Below are positions 58,411-64,000 of a DNA stretch of 64,000 bases, piece by piece. The stretch comes from the human T2T-CHM13v2.0 reference genome, Homo sapiens. Positions within the stretch are counted from its first letter, which is position 1. Every line of letters begins with the position of its first letter. Location of the stretch: NCBI RefSeq assembly GCF_009914755.1, contig NC_060934.1. One strand, given 5' to 3'. The position numbers were made by a program, and so were the translations under genes. The notes under the pieces are model-generated. The model was given only the letters and a program-made list of their open reading frames with translations. It was not told where the DNA came from and searched no databases.

Positions 58411-61400
58411 GTTTGCTGTTATTACGTAGGTGGTTGAGAAAGCTGTTTTTCCTTATGTCTATCCACGATGCAGATTATGGTTGGAAGTAACCTGTTATGT
58501 CCAGATACAGTATTGAACCAATTCAGGGTAAGGGAATGGGGTGGGCCCATGCCTACCATGGAAAGTTCTGGAGGTGGTTACAGGGTGCCATAATTGTGCA
58601 CTTCCCAATAATATCATTCAGTAAAGATTTGTGACGATCTTTATTTGGGACAGGCCTATCTGGCAGCTCCCACAGATCAGAAATCATGTTACATATCCAT
58701 AGCATGAATCAGAGGGCCATAAAATCGTGCTCTTGGAATGGTCTTAAGATTTCTAGGCTAATCAACTGCAGCACCAAGTCATGGTACCTCAGTTCTCCCA
58801 GCAAATATGCTGGATGAGTGGTCACATGTGTGCATGGCCTCAATAAGGCAGGCACTAGGAAGAAGGAATTATATGTATTATGGGTTAAGAAGGTGAATCT
58901 ATAATGGCAGAATTGGAGGGAGGCCAGGATACATTAGCGTTCTGTTCCCAGTGGTCTTATAGGAGAAAGATTCAAGGTGAAAATTCGCTTTTTAAAACCG
59001 ATATGCATTATCAGTTTTGCTATAGTTTGGGAGGCAAATTCCACGGTTGGGTACACACAGCTCCAACGTAAAATTTGGCTGCCTGGTGCCTTTGAGGCCA
59101 AGTGTATTATCTAATGACTTCAAAGGCATTTGCAAATGAGTAATTTCAGGGAAGCATTTTCACCTTGGCTAGCAGGTCTGGGAGAGCACATTCTACTCAT
59201 TTCCATGCATTTGGTACAGTACACCTGGAATTTGGTGTGGTTTGTAAGTAACGAGCATTTCATTACAATATTTCTCCCCTCTAGATACAAGTAGGTCACC
59301 CCAGGAGAAGAAATTAAATCCACACCACCTGTGCTAAGGAACAGACAACCCCTAAAGACAGCATTGATCCCAATTTCCATGTTCTACCTATTAGGGTTAA
59401 AGCAATAACGCTCTTGGTTTGGTTTCATCACACTAAACATCCACGTTTGTAGTCCTGACAGCAAAACCTATGCCAGAATTAGCAAAAAGGATGCAAAATT
59501 GCTTGTGAGCATAGGAGATGTGTAGTTTCCATATAAAAAGGTGTCTGGGTTAGGTGAGGTTTTTGCCTCTTGCAAACAATGGCATGTGAGCACATCCATT
59601 TTCAGAAAAGAATAGCAAATGGTTTTGTAAAGTAAAATATGTTTTAAAAAGAAAAAGACTGCCTTCTTGCAATAATGAATATGAAGCAGGAGAATGTCTT
59701 CCAAAATGGCTTCTTCTTGATGGAGGTGTGGGGCAGGCCTTATCAACATCCTCAGCGGTTCTTAGTATATGAGAGTATTTATAGAATTATTGAGACAAAC
59801 GTGCTGATCTGGGAATAACTCTTTTTTTCACCATGCTAATATGTAAAAAGAAAAAATCAGAATGAACTTTCTTCTATCTACCAAAGAAATAATTGAAACA
59901 CTGTAGGTAAAGCAAAACCTTATAGTTTTGAAAGGTTGTCAGTGTTTCCACTATAAATGACCCATTTTCTGTGGTTTGTAACTCGCTGCCATACACAATT
60001 TGCTCCAGGCTAACATACTCGCCCTATTTCATTCAAAGCCTTCAGTTTCAATTGATTCAGTCATGAACTAATGCAAAAATGAGAAGGCTGGTTGTTCTGA
60101 TATGAGGAGTAAATCTGAGGCTTTGTTTCTAATCAATATTAACTGACCACTTTAGGGTTTATGAAGAAAAGAACCCCTTCCACAAGAGGGCAATTGAAAG
60201 GGCACACTGGGATCCTGCAATCATTCCTTTTTTATGAGAAATTTCACTATGGATGTGTGACGGGGTCTGTAAAAAGCCTGAGGTTTGTGGCAGAGTGTTT
60301 ACAGGCAACCCCGGGAAGCTTCCAGAGGACTTGGTTCATGGAATAGTACTCTGTTTTTTATATCAGTGGTTGAGTTTTCAACTTGAACTTGACATGTTAC
60401 ACAGAAAATGTCTCTGCATTAATTAATCTAAGTTTTGTGGCTTGTGGCTGCTTGTATACAAGATTTGCATTCAAAAGCTCATAGCAATGTGACATTTATT
60501 GGCCATATGAATGTAAATGATTATCCTGGAAATTTGGAGAGAGACAGCTTTAGGAGGTGGGATTTAAATGTAAACTCAGTTCACAGTACTAAATTTCTGG
60601 GACAGATTTTCAATTTTTTTTTCTTTCTTTTACTCTTTATTCCATCTTAGAGTGCAGAGCCCTCTCACTCCTTCAGAGGAGAGCTTTTGAAATAATTGGA
60701 AATGTACTCTAGGACACTTCCTTCCAGATTTTGTACGAATGCATTAGCCAATAACATGGCTTTATTATGAAGTTACATGGTAACGCCTTCAGTTTTGCCC
60801 ATGGAAATTAATTATGTGGGCTCTCCGAGTCCCTTCTGGGTAAAAATGCAGACCTGCATTCAAAAGCTCATGTTTAATCTCAAATGAGAGTCAGATGCTA
60901 TTGAAACTGCGTTTTGACCCAGGGAGCAGTAAAAGTCCCACGATACCTTTTGCAACCACAGGGTGAAAACCCTAGTGCCTTGGCCAATTTCCAAATGGTA
61001 TAATCCCATTTCTCCACTTGCCTAATATTTCCTCTGCCATTCCAAGTGGAAGAGAAGGTCATTTCCTAGCTTTTAGGGTTTTAGGAGATTAGAGAGTAAT
61101 ACTCTAGATTAATTAGTGAGACATTTGGCACACAACATCTCTGATGCATTTGCTGGTCGGTGGTGATGTGAAATAGCAGCTAATTCTGCCTTTGTAAATG
61201 TTAATGTACAATGATTTACCAAATCCCAACTTAAAAGCCGCACTTCAAATATAAGCCTAACTTTATCCATTTGTTGGATAAAGGATCCACTCAAAAAAAC
61301 TTGTCCTCATTAGAAAATGAAAATAAACATTCTGAAGTGTGTGGTTACGTAGGGGTGGTGCACGTGTTATTGGGGGGGGGTCTGAAAATAATGAAAATAA

Positions 61401-61443
61401 GGATCGGTTTAGTACATTTAGCCATGGGGAAATTCTTATTCAA

Positions 61444-61694
61444 TTAAGATAATCCTAGCCTTTGGCTCTCGAAATGGCTCAAATTATTGTTACAAATGGT
61501 TGTGGCTATTAAGAACAACTCATCTATCCAGATGACATGAGGAAATGAAGATGCACGTGTTCTGGCAAGGCAGCTTCTATTCCTGGGCAGCTCTCTGCCA
61601 TGCGGAGTTACAAGCACACACACAGGCGTTAGCTGGTCCCAACTAAGACATGAACTGAAATGGTACAGCAATGGGATGAAGATGGTTTCTGCAC
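61444..61694 (-). CDS. NRP1: Intron 11 read-through extension (83 aa, GAETIFIPLL...SQRLGLS) of soluble s11NRP1
   Basis: Open frame continuous with exon 11 to TAA at 61446-61444; 621+83=704 aa agrees with the s11 isoform length as I recall it. Confidence 0.75.
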
Positions 61695-61799
61695 CTGTGA
61701 GCTGGAAGTCATCACCTGTTCCACTGTGGCAGTTGGCCTGGTCGTCATCACATTCATCCACCAAGTTCCCGTTGGGAGTGGTCGGTCCAGCTGTAGGGG
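61695..61799 (-). CDS. NRP1: NRP1 exon 11 (105 nt, phase 1-1): b2-MAM linker APTAGPTTPNGNLVDECDDDQANCHSGTGDDFQLT, includes the Ser-Gly glycosaminoglycan site (Ser612)
   Basis: Peptide matches human neuropilin-1; acceptor tcttgtttcAG|CC at 61801-61800; donor ACAG|GTgcag at 61694-61693. Confidence 0.97.
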
Positions 61800-62519
61800 C
61801 TGAAACAAGATCCAAGGATTATTATCTCACACCTTGGAAATGTATTCTCAAGCCTCTGGCTGTTGGATCTGCTAACGCTTATGCAGAAAACTTTAATCTG
61901 CGGTAAGAAGACCAGGGGCATGGTTTGCCTCTCTTTCAGGAGCTAGATATACTTGGATTCTGCAGAATATATAATAGCAGAGGCTGCTTTGTTTTGGTAT
62001 TTGATTCGTATCTGCCGAGTAGAGTTGTCTGCCTTAGCATTTTATACATTGTTATCTACATAAACATCCTTCTTCTGAAAAGCTCTTGAATTCTCACTGG
62101 TTATTTATTCAGGACCCTGGAGTTGAGAACTTTGAAGACAGAGATTTTGCTTGAAACGTTTTCCCTTTCATTTTCAAGGTGTTAGAGCACTCACTTGTCA
62201 TAAATTCTTTTATATTCTTAGTATTGACTATGTTTGCTAAGTTTATATTATAATTCTTCCCCAAAGGGAGTCAACGTTCACATTTAGTGCAATAGTGTTT
62301 TTTTAAAAAAAAACAAAAAAACTAAAAAAACAGTGATTCCATTTCTCTGTAAGTAGCTTCTCAAACTGTGAGCCCTCTCTCCAGGGCAGGTGTGTGAGAG
62401 AAGTTGTCTCAGATGTCCCGGGGTCATTTTACATGAACTCTCATAGGACTGCATTCCACTGTTCACAGGTATTCCCATATCTTTGAATTTGCAGTTGAAA
62501 GGTATCCAATATTAATCAA

Positions 62520-62805
<286 letters not shown>

Positions 62806-63535
62806 CAAAGACTGCTTTTGAAGTCCTTTAAATTTCGTTCAGATATTTTTTTTAGCCTGTTACTCATTTTTGCAATCTGTTTAATATTTTACAGTTTTTG
62901 GCATTACGTTTCACTTTACAAGACTTGAGATAATGGATAGTTCTCGTGATGGCTGAGAACCATACAAGATGTTGGTGGCTGGGGCCTGTTCTCTTCTCGC
63001 CAGTAGGAATGTGTCAGTAACTGCTGCTTTCTTAGTAAAAATTTGACACTGAATGGTGCTGAAACACCAAGCAGAGTTACGGCACATGGAGAAACAGAGC
63101 CAAGTTTCAACTTCTTCAACGGCCCAAAGATACACACCAGTAATAACTAAGAAGTCACCAAGTGCAAATAACATACATGCCACTCAGGCCTGCAATCCAG
63201 ACTTTTTTGCAAAACACATACACCCGAATTCTGGCCTGTATTTATTGCTCTTGCTGAAACAGTAGTATCTCCTCTGGCAAGCCAGATAGTTGTCTTTCTT
63301 CCCTAAGCTCTCCTTGCTCCAGATAATGTGCTACCTTTAAGTATTTAAAACTCTATTCATTTTGCTGATTTTTCTGCATTCATCAAGCTGTTTCTAAAGG
63401 GGAGTTCCGCATTGTAAATGGCCCGAGGTAGTCCCTAGATTCACTAGATTCAACGGAAAAAAAAAGGAGGAAGCAAATGATATGTATGTTCCAGTTTTAC
63501 TATTTGAAAATATATTATCTTCTATGGTTCTTTAT

Positions 63536-63875
<340 letters not shown>

Positions 63876-64000
63876 TAGGACAGACACTCCTGGGAGGCTG
63901 GAGTGGACTGCATCTTTCTCCTGCATTCCCTTAGGTGTCTCCCCTAGAACAAGGCACACAGTAGATACTTAATAAGGGCCTGTTAACTGATTGAAGGGAG

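Overview
Human (primate) genomic DNA. The right-hand ~28 kb holds the 3' part of neuropilin-1 (NRP1) on the minus strand: exons 11-17, recognised from the translated peptides and confirmed by GT/AG boundaries and continuous frame, plus a ~2.6 kb 3'UTR ending near 36290. The gene continues beyond the right edge (the window ends in intron 10). Exon numbers and residue numbers follow my recollection of the 17-exon, 923-aa canonical protein. The left ~36 kb is repeat-rich intergenic DNA (about 20 Alu/FLAM copies, L1, L2, MIR, MaLR LTRs, MER5) with no credible protein-coding gene; nearly all listed ORFs there are Alu or low-complexity artefacts. There is no CRISPR array or microbial-type system. 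The most interesting signal is NRP1's isoform architecture: known intron 11 and intron 12 read-through soluble isoforms, a delta-7 internal donor, a NAGNAG acceptor, and all-phase-1 modular exons. I also find a candidate intron 16 stop plus poly(A) cassette, which I do not recall being described, that would give a soluble receptor retaining the MAM domain. Also present are two very young human-specific Alus (Ya5, Yb8), several unexplained local duplications, and template-switch scars. Old-repeat boundaries and subfamilies are by eye and approximate.
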